Notes: generated from the sequence alone by a model not told the origin. Shown: positions 19,301 to 27,316, numbered from the stretch's first letter. The stretch is DNA of 64,000 nucleotides from Alphaproteobacteria bacterium (GCA_030427385.1 JAUHWR010000001.1:1544042-1608041); one strand, 5' to 3'. Translations and numbers: made by a program.

Positions 19301-20592
19301 GCACGCAGGTTTTCCTTACCAGATGTTTCTAAGAACCCCCCATTGCCGGATTGAAGGCCGCCGCGCGCCAGAACGAGACCATTAAAATCTGTTGTGTGAT
19401 CACTCCAAAAAATCGTGCGCCCGCCGTCGCCATGAATTAAACCATCATTAAGAGTCAGGGCGTTTGCATCCACATATAGTGTCTGCGCCCTTAGGGTATC
19501 CCTGGTGCCCAAATAATCACCGCCAATCTTAATTGAACCGCCGCCGCGCGAAGAATCCGCCAAGAATGCGTCTGCAGTTTTGACCTGCTTATCCGCCGTC
19601 ATGGTTGCGGTATCAAGCTTTTCTTCAGATACTAGCGCGTTAGACGTACCGCTCGCATCTATTACAGAGCCCGCAGCAATTACAATATGCTGCCCCAAGA
19701 CACTGATTTGTCCGCCCTGTGTTTGGTTTTTGCGCCCGGAGGCATCTAAAATAGCGCGATTTATACTCATGCCGCTATCAGCGCCTCCCAGAATTATCTT
19801 ACCGCCGACATGATTCATGGATTGGGCTTCAATGATGCCACTATTATCAACAATGGAATCAAGCAGAGATCGGGCATGACCCGCCGTGAGCGCGACTATA
19901 CCGCCTTCGGCGCTTATCCGTCCTGTATTGGTGGCAAGCTTGCTGGCTTGCTCATCACTCACCGCCACCTTCAATAAACCATCACCCGCCATATCAAGTG
20001 TAAAAGTATCCGCCGCCGCCAGTTGTATCTGGCCTAGCTTTGCCTGAATCACGCCGTGATTTTCAACATGCGGAGCCACAAAATTGACTAACCCTGCTTC
20101 TTTGGCTGTGATTGATCCATGATTAATAATTGCACTTTCAGGCCTACCGGCCTGCTTAAATGCTAATTTTCCATTCATAAAATCATCATTATCAATGTCG
20201 GCTGTGCTCACCGTGAGTGATCCGACATCAACTGCAGCGCCCGCCCCAAACACCACCCCGTTCGGGTTTACCAACATGACATGACCGTTGGCGATTAAGC
20301 GTCCATCTATCTGTGAAGGTTTAACATCCTGAATTCGGTTTAAAGCCATCGCGCCAGTGGATGGCTGGTGAAACTCTACATGCTCTTGCGATGTCACATC
20401 AAAACTGCGCCAATCTAAGATCACTTTATCGCTATGCTGATGAATATCTGTCTTTGTCCCATTCTGACTGATATTTGCAGCGCCGCCAATAATTTGACCG
20501 CCTTGCGGCGCGGCCATGACTTTACCTTCCATCACCCCAAGAGCAATAGTTGCAACTGATGTCATCAAAAAATACTGGGATTTCCGAAACAT
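13309..20592 (-). CDS. Filamentous-haemagglutinin-family large exoprotein (TpsA) with an N-terminal TPS domain, beta-helix repeats, a LamG-like insertion and a C-terminal MBG-like domain
   Basis: TPS/haemagglutination-activity domain at about 20110-20510 (ILDWRSFDV...ALNRI...IDGRL.ANGHVMLVNPNGVVFG). Hundreds of G/N/T-rich beta-helix repeats follow. An MBG-like segment (SGNYRINGTEGSLLSLIGYDFTFAPGIL) lies at about 13610-13860. Confidence 0.85.
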   Translation of the reverse strand: MFRKSQYFLMTSVATIALGVMEGKVMAAPQGGQIIGGAANISQNGTKTDIHQHSDKVILDWRSFDVTSQEHVEFHQPSTGAMALNRIQDVKPSQIDGRLIANGHVMLVNPNGVVFGAGAAVDVGSLTVSTADIDNDDFMNGKLAFKQAGRPESAIINHGSITAKEAGLVNFVAPHVENHGVIQAKLGQIQLAAADTFTLDMAGDGLLKVAVSDEQASKLATNTGRISAEGGIVALTAGHARSLLDSIVDNSGIIEAQSMNHVGGKIILGGADSGMSINRAILDASGRKNQTQGGQISVLGQHIVIAAGSVIDASGTSNALVSEEKLDTATMTADKQVKTADAFLADSSRGGGSIKIGGDYLGTRDTLRAQTLYVDANALTLNDGLIHGDGGRTIFWSDHTTDFNGLVLARGGLQSGNGGFLETSGKENLRANGFADLSAAAGGYNKGTYLLDPADITIYGDASGTIGPDYVSTDGTSIDLASDLDLWLDAADEATIELTYSTDALGGATAGGSIGTNTITTSADVSGQLQVGARIRLGAQGAITTANTLGDDTYTITAIAGTTITVAETLTSTYATDTLRRGLVSEWTDKAATSDLSQINEDEMPLYTSDGIRLRHSGPSFLVTDSLSGTVTGFDPSEMSHIVTVETIDHYAAGGTIVNINSNYFINSNTGTLRYRDFAKADQGSGVSYSGKSILSAYRSEIADTYNIDINGTNVVSENSLIDQNSGDKNYRLTGYGNSFANKYYSSILYGRVLNADETLLINQHLSSQGYLDLDPIAGAGTEAAEAMDATNGFGTFSTRYLEKLSQTANIDLQATDTITLDLQGDTMNLASNKSLTLTTMNSDIISVSGGRINTFGASGDITMVSGGDIDLTGLTVVAANGSDIRLETAAGGTITTTAQLNSGSGNITLKADEIDIGASLRGSGDIQLTSANVNQEIEIGSTDANDLNLTAAELAFLDDGWNSILIGGNAHRATTAVNETVTFSDYIQFINNSGSVTAPIDINAAITTIDNADLYIYGRANPPGIHGYNGVHVTADLNIARDLTIISNPGLGISSGTINVGRDFIIDVANNFGITGDVNVGRDFTFSQIAQSFSLKANSSIHAGGNINIDAGAHSGGTKIELLANSVLHSNGDITLESEQISFDSTSSISGNVDGSSSLIFLEGDQNEAMEIGGTSAGHDWQMTSDELGTIQDGFNSITFGSNIYTEAINITGAVSFSDDVNFLNTGSDATITVADTFTTTDGASLRMESGTAGNVGWDAINIDADLTSAGTIDLISNSNIDIQNSVMSSNGDIILNADSNSTQDGAISISNATITTNGGDFIAGGGANPLTTAAHAGQDGVYDRGVHINNSTITTGIGDITIRGEGEDTGDDNYGIYINADLTTTTGNITLNGTGGNGGQSNYGIYIASSGDNITSNGGTIDITAQGRGSGSFNYGTYNFGNIIGSGSSAINIYSTGGIGGYQNGGLRMNNGGLIRADDGDITLDLFTPSTAGEGILRFYSSATIETIGDGDIVINTTNQGTANSQGLSLSNGTSLIQATGGGDITITHDKGTNGTADAIRLWEQSNPASISRIGHANTGNITITGDTRLNMEDGSAAITAGGNIDITVDDFVMANNATLQSGGAINIKSDSNISINEHVTSNGDIILNADRDADQNGAIQILNANISTNGGDFIAGGGANPLTTAAYGNSSYNVGLKLDNVDINTGAGDITVNGHGRNGATDNTYGVYTTGGTTLTTTSGNITFNGIGGDTGSFNIGTYINDTPSITSDSGNITITGTGGDAVGYNYGVSLNSNSIVTSASGDIRLTGTGNGSGNFNYGVHLAAGSDVNSTGAGANAGTITLNGTGGNGTTDNYGVYMTDSGTEISSVDGAIAITGNGGVGGNYNHGTYIKSSANVNSTAGDINVHGNSFGVGGANHGIYLFTARIENDSGDVILVGQESGDGANTNNSGILTNASSAIVTNSGDLFMTGIAKRGAGMNLQNGGSKFQSTSGDISLLGITMSAEPGVFINNAEVVSDGSSSITIEGRSEGGTDIQTISGVEIGEDTAGSLASGNITLIADNWDFDETGSKIETLGNLTIKNRTSGTSIGVGGGAGTLNITDSELAQFTIGGDVTIGSAHAGAVHIDSVDFTGITANNVRLLGGHFTIDGAVDVGTSLSMIANGDMTLNGAVSATGAGNSVVLVSNGFTNNGGMAAIDAGAGRYLVYTDGPSTTIKNGLNAPHYYNRSYTTNPPLSITQTGDLFLYAYRPSLTFTADDVILNTFNPTYDSFTYTVSGLESGDTLSSILSGLPSFSKSRQASGNYRINGTEGSLLSLIGYDFTFAPGILAMPSPSQQLSSTVEYQTQITNYWQMGNTGYIFSPAQYSESNASQEPPYVVHRNGHGVKDLSFEKDGGVRLVEANLMEIEQPIIDLYDLCSYNIKYCQ
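14605..16722 (-). repeat. Diverged internal tandem duplication (two units of 1059 bp / 353 aa) inside the TpsA gene
   Basis: (S/T)SNGDIILNAD...(D/N)GAI.I.NA.I(T/S)TNGGDFIAGGGANPLTTAA occurs twice. The Ser codons are at 16720-16722 and 15661-15663, exactly 1059 bp apart. Both copies are followed by G.G.....NYG(I/V)Y periodic repeats. Confidence 0.75.
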
Positions 20593-20740
20593 AACCCTAT
20601 AAGGATACCTGATTTAGCTTAAAGAACTATAAAAAATTATTTAATCAAGCCGTTCATAGAATGAAAAATATCACTTTTTGTTCGCATCGCAATTTATTTG
20701 GCATGATTTTTTTTTAAGAATATAGTTGCTTGTTGATAGC

Positions 20741-20775
20741 GAAAAAAAACGACCGAGGAAATAACTCTCGGTCGT
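20741..20775 (-). terminator. Rho-independent terminator downstream of the 542-aa gene
   Basis: Perfect 9-bp stem ACGACCGAG / CTCGGTCGT (20749-20757 / 20767-20775). It is followed on the transcribed (minus) strand by a T8 run (A8 at 20742-20749 on the plus strand). Confidence 0.75.
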
Positions 20776-20847
20776 TAAGAATTCATGGGTATGACCATGA
20801 TGGTTTAATAATCTTAAAAGAAAATTTATTTAAGATATGAAGGCATC

Positions 20848-22476
20848 TTATCCCCAGTAAGGACTAGTATCCATGCCTGTTAAGACATATGTATCATTAT
20901 TATCATAATCACCTGTTAAGGCCAGAACGTCTAGATCTTCTCTCGTGTGTATTACCTCCTCATCAGTCGCTTGACCTTCTTGTGCCATTGCACGGTCTTC
21001 ATCTAAACGTAAAGCGACAGGGTCTGTGCCGTTATAAGATGAAACAGCGCCAAAGAATTTAGTCGATAAGCCATTATCACCAAATTCAAAGCCATCACCG
21101 ATTTGGCTCCATTCATGCGTTAAGCTTTTTCCATAGGATTCAGCCGTAAAATTGTAACCATTATTTACGCCGCTGCCTTGCTCAATCGCAATCCATGCGA
21201 CTTCTGCTGTGTCATTCGGGTCTAGCTCACGCCCTTCACTTTCAATTTTGAAATCAAACCCGTCTTTGCCAGTTTTTACAGATTCTTGTCTTACGATCTT
21301 AAAGCCGTCGTCCGTACTGCTTTGGATTTGCGTTAGGACGATTGGGCGCTCAGAGAACGGAGTGTTAAACGTAATGCCATGCATGTAGTCTGCAAAATCA
21401 ACAGTTGTTGTGCCGACCTCTACTTTTGTTCCATCATCAAGCGTGAAGTTACCAGTATAAGTAGCCATATAGTTAACTTGTTCTGTCACATGATATCCAT
21501 CTAGATAATCAGCTTCTTGTAATATGATATCAAAGCTGCTGCCTGGGAAGTTTTCATAGTTTTCAACATTTTGGATCTTTGGTGTCGCCATATGTGACCC
21601 ATTAAAGCTAGCCAATGTTGTGAAAATGACAAGATCTTCTTCTCTAAAGTTTGTAGTTAGATTTACAGCAGTAGAATTATGACTAAGTTCAATAGAACCA
21701 AATTCTATGACCGTCTTGCCTTCCGGCTCTGGCTTCAACCAATCTTCGGCTAAAGTTGACTGAAGATATGAAAAATGACCTTCATCCAAAACATCATTAT
21801 ACTGAACAACTTTTTCGATTTCGCCTTTGAATTTTGAACCAGTTGCACGCTCATTATTTACAAGTGTAGTTTGTGCCACGCGGCCAACACCAATATCATC
21901 ACCATGTGCATATAAACGGCCAACACCAGTTTGGATGTCATCAACCAATTCTCCGTTCAAATATAGCTGCGCACTGCCTGTATTGGCATCATTACCATCC
22001 AGAACCAGTGTGGTTGTGTATTCTTTATTCGCTTCGATTTCAACGGAAAGCTCTTTATAGCCCCAATTACCTTCAGCTTTATTCCAGAACCCGGCAGTCA
22101 TTACACCGTTTTCGATTGAAATACTTAAACCGCGTGTAATACCGCCCTGTTCATACATAACTTGCGTTGATTCAATATCATCACCGGTTTTTAATTCCAT
22201 TGCATGTGTTTTTTGCAAGTAAGTGCCAGTGTTAATTTCCTGACTATCCGGAACAGAATGAGCGTTTACGCCGTCGATTAGAAACAGGACAGGCTGGGGC
22301 AATTTTGCCGCCACCGCCGTAGGAGCCGTCAAGAAATCAAATCTATCTGAATCCGTATCAAAGATTCCCTCTAAACCGGAATTTTTGATATTTAGCAGGT
22401 CATGCTCATCTCTTGGGAGCACACTGCTCATTCCCGTATTGGTTGTTAATGAATTACGTGTTAATGTAGTCGTCAT
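20848..22476 (-). CDS. Secreted-type protein with no Sec signal: LamG-like jelly-roll followed by three tandem beta-sandwich-like repeats; paralogue of the C-terminal third of the 1478-aa protein
   Basis: LamG-like core YEQGGITRGLSISIENGVMTAGFWNKAEGNWGYKEL...LYLNGELVD...FKGEIEKVVQYNDVLDEGHF. Then three repeats, each ending in an h-T/E-E-V-x-Y/H-x-A-x-E/T-x-G motif. AGAGGT SD. Aligns by eye along its length with residues about 950-1478 of the neighbouring gene product. Confidence 0.6.
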   Translation of the reverse strand: MTTTLTRNSLTTNTGMSSVLPRDEHDLLNIKNSGLEGIFDTDSDRFDFLTAPTAVAAKLPQPVLFLIDGVNAHSVPDSQEINTGTYLQKTHAMELKTGDDIESTQVMYEQGGITRGLSISIENGVMTAGFWNKAEGNWGYKELSVEIEANKEYTTTLVLDGNDANTGSAQLYLNGELVDDIQTGVGRLYAHGDDIGVGRVAQTTLVNNERATGSKFKGEIEKVVQYNDVLDEGHFSYLQSTLAEDWLKPEPEGKTVIEFGSIELSHNSTAVNLTTNFREEDLVIFTTLASFNGSHMATPKIQNVENYENFPGSSFDIILQEADYLDGYHVTEQVNYMATYTGNFTLDDGTKVEVGTTTVDFADYMHGITFNTPFSERPIVLTQIQSSTDDGFKIVRQESVKTGKDGFDFKIESEGRELDPNDTAEVAWIAIEQGSGVNNGYNFTAESYGKSLTHEWSQIGDGFEFGDNGLSTKFFGAVSSYNGTDPVALRLDEDRAMAQEGQATDEEVIHTREDLDVLALTGDYDNNDTYVLTGMDTSPYWG

Positions 22477-22789
22477 AGTTACCTCTATTTTTAAAGTTTT
22501 GGTTAAAGTTGGTTTTTTGTTAAATAAAACCTATTTTAAAGTCAAGTTAGTTTCTTTTTTTCATAATTTTGGGGATTTTTCCCACTAGACATAAGAAGCT
22601 TTAAAATGAAACTAGACGACATTTTATTATAGAATTTTGTTATAAAATTTCTAATTATACTTGTTATAAAAAATTTTCAGAAAATAGATTTTTTGAAAAT
22701 TTTTTTATTTTTTTTGAAATTTGATCATTCTAATCGTTAAAAATGATTACTTATGTATTCATCACGTTGTTTTAATGAATGTGTGGAGA

Positions 22790-22834
22790 CAAAAAAATAT
22801 CCCCGAAATCTATCAAAATAGATTTCGGGGATAT
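22790..22834 (-). terminator. Rho-independent terminator downstream of the 1478-aa gene
   Basis: Perfect 16-bp inverted repeat ATATCCCCGAAATCTA / TAGATTTCGGGGATAT (22797-22812 / 22819-22834) with a 6-nt loop. A T7 run follows on the minus strand. Confidence 0.85.
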
Positions 22835-22879
22835 TAAAATTATGACTTAAAAAGTTACTTTGATCTACTAAACATAAAA

Positions 22880-25800
22880 TCAGATTATGCTTGAAGTGTC
22901 CGTTCCCGTTAATAGACCCGCCCCTTCAATCGCAAAAATATCCATCACTTCATTGGTGTGTACGACTTCATTATCATGAGATCTGTCCTCTTGAATCATC
23001 ACATCAACGCCATTTTTCTGTAGATTATCAATACGAGCAACGGATGTATCTGTGCCGTTTGTCGTTGAAATCTGCGCCAAAAGCTGTGGTAAGCTATCAA
23101 ATTGGTCATTGAAGACGATATCTTCCCAATTGTGATCAAATCGCTGACCTGTGTGCTTGGCAAAGAAATCATGGCCATTTGCACTGCCGGCTCCTTGTTC
23201 GATGGCAAAATAGCCGATTGTTTCGGATAAATGCATGCCACCATTTGAGGCTTCTTCTTCTTGCATTGCCAGATTAAATCCATCATTCCGGGCATCATCA
23301 TGACGTGTGGTCACAAAAGCCGCCCCGTTATTTGTCTGAACTTGTGAGAAGATCGCAGGCGTGTAGTTAAAGTGGGTATCAAAGTTAATATTGTTCCAAC
23401 CACCGCTTGTTAGTAGAGGACTATCAATTGTTCCCACTTCCAATCTTGTGCCATCATCCAGAGTCCAGCTACCTTTTTCAACAACGATATAGCTGAATGT
23501 TTCTGTTGTGTGGCTCTGATCAAGATAATCGGCTTCTTGGGCATAAAGTGTGAAGCTGTCATTTTGTATATCTGTTATACGTGCAACAGCCATTTCCTCA
23601 CCGTTATGTGATGTCATCGTCGCAAAGACCACGGGGTTATTAAAGTGATTCTTTAAACTAACCGTTACTTCGTTGTGATTCGCATTAACGCTGCCGAACT
23701 CCATGATATAGGGCGCTTCGGGTGGCACTGTCTCATCAGATTTTTCTTCCGGCAGCCAATCTTTCGCTAAGCTGTCATTGAATTTTCCCAACTCCTCGCC
23801 CTTAAGCGCAGCGTTGAAATGTGCAAGCTTTTCAATTTTACCGGTAAAGTCCGTAGACCCTCTTACGGTTTGATTATTAATCAGCGTATCACCAGCAATT
23901 TGTCCAATGCCGATATCACCTGCATGCTCATATAACTTGCCGATCCCGCCTACGGTATCAACTTTTTGACCATTTAAGTAAAGAGAGGCAGTGCCCTTTT
24001 CATTATTAGTGCCGTCTAGAATAAATGTCGCCGTATATTTGGTATTGGCGGAAATATTTACGTCCAGCTCTTTATAATTCCAATTTGTTTCGGCTTTATT
24101 CCATGCTGCGGCAAAAAGCTTTCCGTCTTCAATGAAGAGATTGAAACCGCGCGTTGCGCCGCCTTGTTCATAAATCACTTGTTGTTTATTCACATTGGCA
24201 CCTGTTTCAAATGCAATAGCCTGTGTTTTACCAAGACTATCACCCAGATTAATGCCTTTGGCATCGGCCATGCCATCAATCTTCACACCATTTCGCAAGG
24301 CGTAAATAGGATCAACTGGCTTAGCTTCCGGAGTTATTGGCGTATTATCTTCGTCTGTATCAGTAAGCGCGGCAGATACTTTTAGCTGGACCGTAGCGGT
24401 ATCACTTTCGCCGCGTCCATCTATTACACTGTAGCCAAAGAAATCATTACCAACAAAATTTGCCTTGGGTGTGTATGTGAAATCACCATTCTTACTCAGA
24501 ATAACTTTCCCGCCCATTTCCGTCGTAATGGTTCCGGCTATAACTTCTAAATTATCGCCATTTGAATCTGTATCATTCCCTAAGACATTCTCACCCTTTA
24601 AGATGTTACCCTCAATGGCATTAAAGCTATCATTTTGGGCATTAGGTGCGACATTTTTAGATTCCGTCGGTATCGGACCGGAAACCAGACTGACATTAAT
24701 ACCTTTTTCAATCAGAACATCCTGACCACCCGCAACTTTTGATTTATAAAAACCATATGTTACGCCATCAATGGTTCTGTTATTTTGGAATGTTGAATTC
24801 GCCAAAGATACGCTATCGCCTTTTTCACCTTGAACCATCAAGGTTTCACCATTATCAGAAATTCTGAGCGCGCTGTTCAAAAGGAGCTTATTATTCGCCA
24901 AGTTCCTAAGGTCGATTGTTTCCACGCCAGAGACCACAGCACCGCCGATTGCAAAATCGAGTTCGTCGCTATTTTGGTAAGCAAGGCGAATGGTGTCATG
25001 ACCGCTACCGCCATCAATAATGGTATCATTTGCATCAACCACCATGATGTCATTGCCGGCATTGCCGTATAGCTGGTCAGCGCCGTTTCCGCCGTGAAGG
25101 GCATCATTGCCATCGCCGCCGCGCAATATATCATTACCGCCATTACCTATCAGGACGTCTTCTTCGACAGTGCCTTGTAAGACATTATTGCTATTATTGC
25201 CTTCACGATGGACACCTTGTAGGAATGTTCCCGCATCACGATTTTCATTGACCCATGGGGTTTCCTGATTAAGGTCCTCGATGAAGTCAAAGCGGGATGT
25301 ATTGGCATTTGCCTCATTCTGCTCCCCGACATATTTTAGTGATCCGAAGCGTCCTTGATAATCTTTATGGTGGTGAATTTCGCCGCCGCCATTTTTAATC
25401 CAAGCATCGAACCATGACTCATAGATACTTTCCATCGCGGGAGAATCATAAAGGTAATTCAGGAATGGCTTGAATGCGCCATCAACCTTGGCATTGCGAT
25501 ATTTACCCCATTGCGCCTGAGATATATGTTGTCCGCCTTCATACATCAGAAGATCAAGATTATAGTTTTCGGCCTTGTTACCTTGTTGGATGAAACGCGC
25601 TTGCATATCTGTTTCCAGATCTTTGTGTAAAGCCCGCACGATCAATGTGCCATCCGCGATTAATTCATTAATCGATTTATTCACAATTCCATCAAATTCA
25701 AGAACTGTTCTGAACGCATTACCAGTATTAAAACGCATCTTCAAAACAGAATTTCCGCCTTCTTTTTCTAATCTGACGTAATTATGCACATCGGAGCCGA

Positions 25801-27316
25801 ATAACGTTTCGGCCTTAGGATTTTCAACCCATGAACCGTTTTTGATTTTTTGAAAAAGAGCATTATTATTTTTGGCAATTGCATCATATACATCAATCGT
25901 CAAATCTTTTGAATATTTAACATTTTCAATGACTCTGTTCGCATTAACGGTGCCATTTGAATTAAATACATTTTCAGGAAGATCAATGTAGTTCTTTGAT
26001 TCTAGACTGGCTGATAAGTAATGGGCAATAAGCTCAGCAGCTTTCACATTGCCGTATGTTTTTGCCATATGTGTCATCAAATCAACATCAACGCCGCCCA
26101 ATGTACCGCCAAAATATCCGCCAACGGCCAGAGAATCCATTACAGAAGCCGGATTAATGTATCCAGATGGATCTGATAATTTCCATAGCTTTCCGGTTAA
26201 TAACACATCCGTTGATGCCGGATCATTCGAGGACGCGCCCATGACATTAATTAGGCGGGCATCTGCATTTGCGGGATCATTATTTTCAAAAACATTTTGA
26301 AAAATTTTGCCTATTTGCGTGCTCCGCATCGCAGAGAATTCCGCCCATGCTGTTTTCCCGTTATATTGCGGCATATCGCCCCAAAGTTTTTTCGCCTGTG
26401 TCTGCGCATATGTATTTGTATCAAAGATACCGTTCCACATCTCATTGCCAAGCTCGACATAGACTTTCAAGCGTGGATCCAGATTTTGCTCTATGTAACG
26501 CGCCATCCCAAGCGCAAATTCGTCTGAAGAGTTAATTGGAATATTAATCCAGGCATCCGTTCCGGTTTTATTTGCCAAGGCGACAATAATATCAATCGGA
26601 ATACCATTGCGATCAACATCACCCGCAGTTCCCAAATTATAAGAATAATAATCAAGGCCGTCTCTTTCTGCGAAGGAATCTTCGGCGTAATCCAGAATTC
26701 TATTGCCTTCCATCCATTGCATATATCGAATTGAGCGGAAATCCTGTACCAGATCAATATATTCAGGTGTGAATATTTCACCGGCTTCAAATTCCTGCAT
26801 ATGATCTTCATGCACGATTTTAATATTGCGGATGTAATCGCCGTTATTATTTGTATCGGTTGCTTTGATGGTGATATCAAGCGGCTGATTATTCACGTTA
26901 TAATCAAATTCCAAAATGGTTTTACCATTTATTTTAACATTTCGCATCGCAAAACCGCCGCCGCCGCCGTGAACGATATCAATCGTTCCGGTGCCTTCGA
27001 CGATCATGTAATACTTGCCTTCGTAATTCTTGGCGTTATCTGCTTCTGAGGAATACCACATAGTTTTAGTGGAAATCGTTCCGGCTTTTCCACCGCTCAC
27101 GGGGAGTGATTTCGGCCAGCCATTTTCATCAAGATTCAGTTTGTGAAAACTGGTTCCATTTGAGGAGTTCCAGTTTTGAGCCTCCTTCATCCTGTCTATA
27201 AATGCGCCAAATGTATCCGCGCCCCATTTTAAAGGGTTGGTGGTATTAACACCTGATGATGGATTTATTAAACCTGTGGCTTCAAGGCCGTTTTGAACGG
27301 TATTTCCTGTTGGCAT
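22880..27316 (-). CDS. Large multidomain exoprotein: clan GH-A-like TIM-barrel glycosidase, RTX Ca-binding repeats, a cadherin/VCBS-like domain, a LamG-like domain and a triple beta-sandwich repeat
   Basis: Candidate acid/base motif VELGNEMWN (about 26431-26457) and nucleophile motif LMYEGGQH (about 25521-25550). Four GGxGxD nonapeptides (GGNDILRGGDGNDALHGGNGADQLYGNAGND, about 25040-25150). A VCBS/cadherin-like segment (NAQNDSF...GNDTDSNGD...FTYTP...) lies at about 24380-24660. No Sec signal peptide. AGAGGGA SD. Confidence 0.7.
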   Translation of the reverse strand: MPTGNTVQNGLEATGLINPSSGVNTTNPLKWGADTFGAFIDRMKEAQNWNSSNGTSFHKLNLDENGWPKSLPVSGGKAGTISTKTMWYSSEADNAKNYEGKYYMIVEGTGTIDIVHGGGGGFAMRNVKINGKTILEFDYNVNNQPLDITIKATDTNNNGDYIRNIKIVHEDHMQEFEAGEIFTPEYIDLVQDFRSIRYMQWMEGNRILDYAEDSFAERDGLDYYSYNLGTAGDVDRNGIPIDIIVALANKTGTDAWINIPINSSDEFALGMARYIEQNLDPRLKVYVELGNEMWNGIFDTNTYAQTQAKKLWGDMPQYNGKTAWAEFSAMRSTQIGKIFQNVFENNDPANADARLINVMGASSNDPASTDVLLTGKLWKLSDPSGYINPASVMDSLAVGGYFGGTLGGVDVDLMTHMAKTYGNVKAAELIAHYLSASLESKNYIDLPENVFNSNGTVNANRVIENVKYSKDLTIDVYDAIAKNNNALFQKIKNGSWVENPKAETLFGSDVHNYVRLEKEGGNSVLKMRFNTGNAFRTVLEFDGIVNKSINELIADGTLIVRALHKDLETDMQARFIQQGNKAENYNLDLLMYEGGQHISQAQWGKYRNAKVDGAFKPFLNYLYDSPAMESIYESWFDAWIKNGGGEIHHHKDYQGRFGSLKYVGEQNEANANTSRFDFIEDLNQETPWVNENRDAGTFLQGVHREGNNSNNVLQGTVEEDVLIGNGGNDILRGGDGNDALHGGNGADQLYGNAGNDIMVVDANDTIIDGGSGHDTIRLAYQNSDELDFAIGGAVVSGVETIDLRNLANNKLLLNSALRISDNGETLMVQGEKGDSVSLANSTFQNNRTIDGVTYGFYKSKVAGGQDVLIEKGINVSLVSGPIPTESKNVAPNAQNDSFNAIEGNILKGENVLGNDTDSNGDNLEVIAGTITTEMGGKVILSKNGDFTYTPKANFVGNDFFGYSVIDGRGESDTATVQLKVSAALTDTDEDNTPITPEAKPVDPIYALRNGVKIDGMADAKGINLGDSLGKTQAIAFETGANVNKQQVIYEQGGATRGFNLFIEDGKLFAAAWNKAETNWNYKELDVNISANTKYTATFILDGTNNEKGTASLYLNGQKVDTVGGIGKLYEHAGDIGIGQIAGDTLINNQTVRGSTDFTGKIEKLAHFNAALKGEELGKFNDSLAKDWLPEEKSDETVPPEAPYIMEFGSVNANHNEVTVSLKNHFNNPVVFATMTSHNGEEMAVARITDIQNDSFTLYAQEADYLDQSHTTETFSYIVVEKGSWTLDDGTRLEVGTIDSPLLTSGGWNNINFDTHFNYTPAIFSQVQTNNGAAFVTTRHDDARNDGFNLAMQEEEASNGGMHLSETIGYFAIEQGAGSANGHDFFAKHTGQRFDHNWEDIVFNDQFDSLPQLLAQISTTNGTDTSVARIDNLQKNGVDVMIQEDRSHDNEVVHTNEVMDIFAIEGAGLLTGTDTSSII

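Noticed and set aside
13309-20592. About twenty ORFs of 60-126 aa on the plus strand and in other minus-strand frames inside the TpsA gene. Similar shadow ORFs occur inside the 1478-aa, 928-aa and adhesin genes (for example 48962-49624 and 54560-55030).
   Set aside because: They lie entirely within long, motif-rich reading frames on the opposite strand or in another frame. Their low-complexity S/P/V/I-rich translations are typical of antisense reading of G/N/T/D-rich repeat genes. None has an SD or recognisable motifs.
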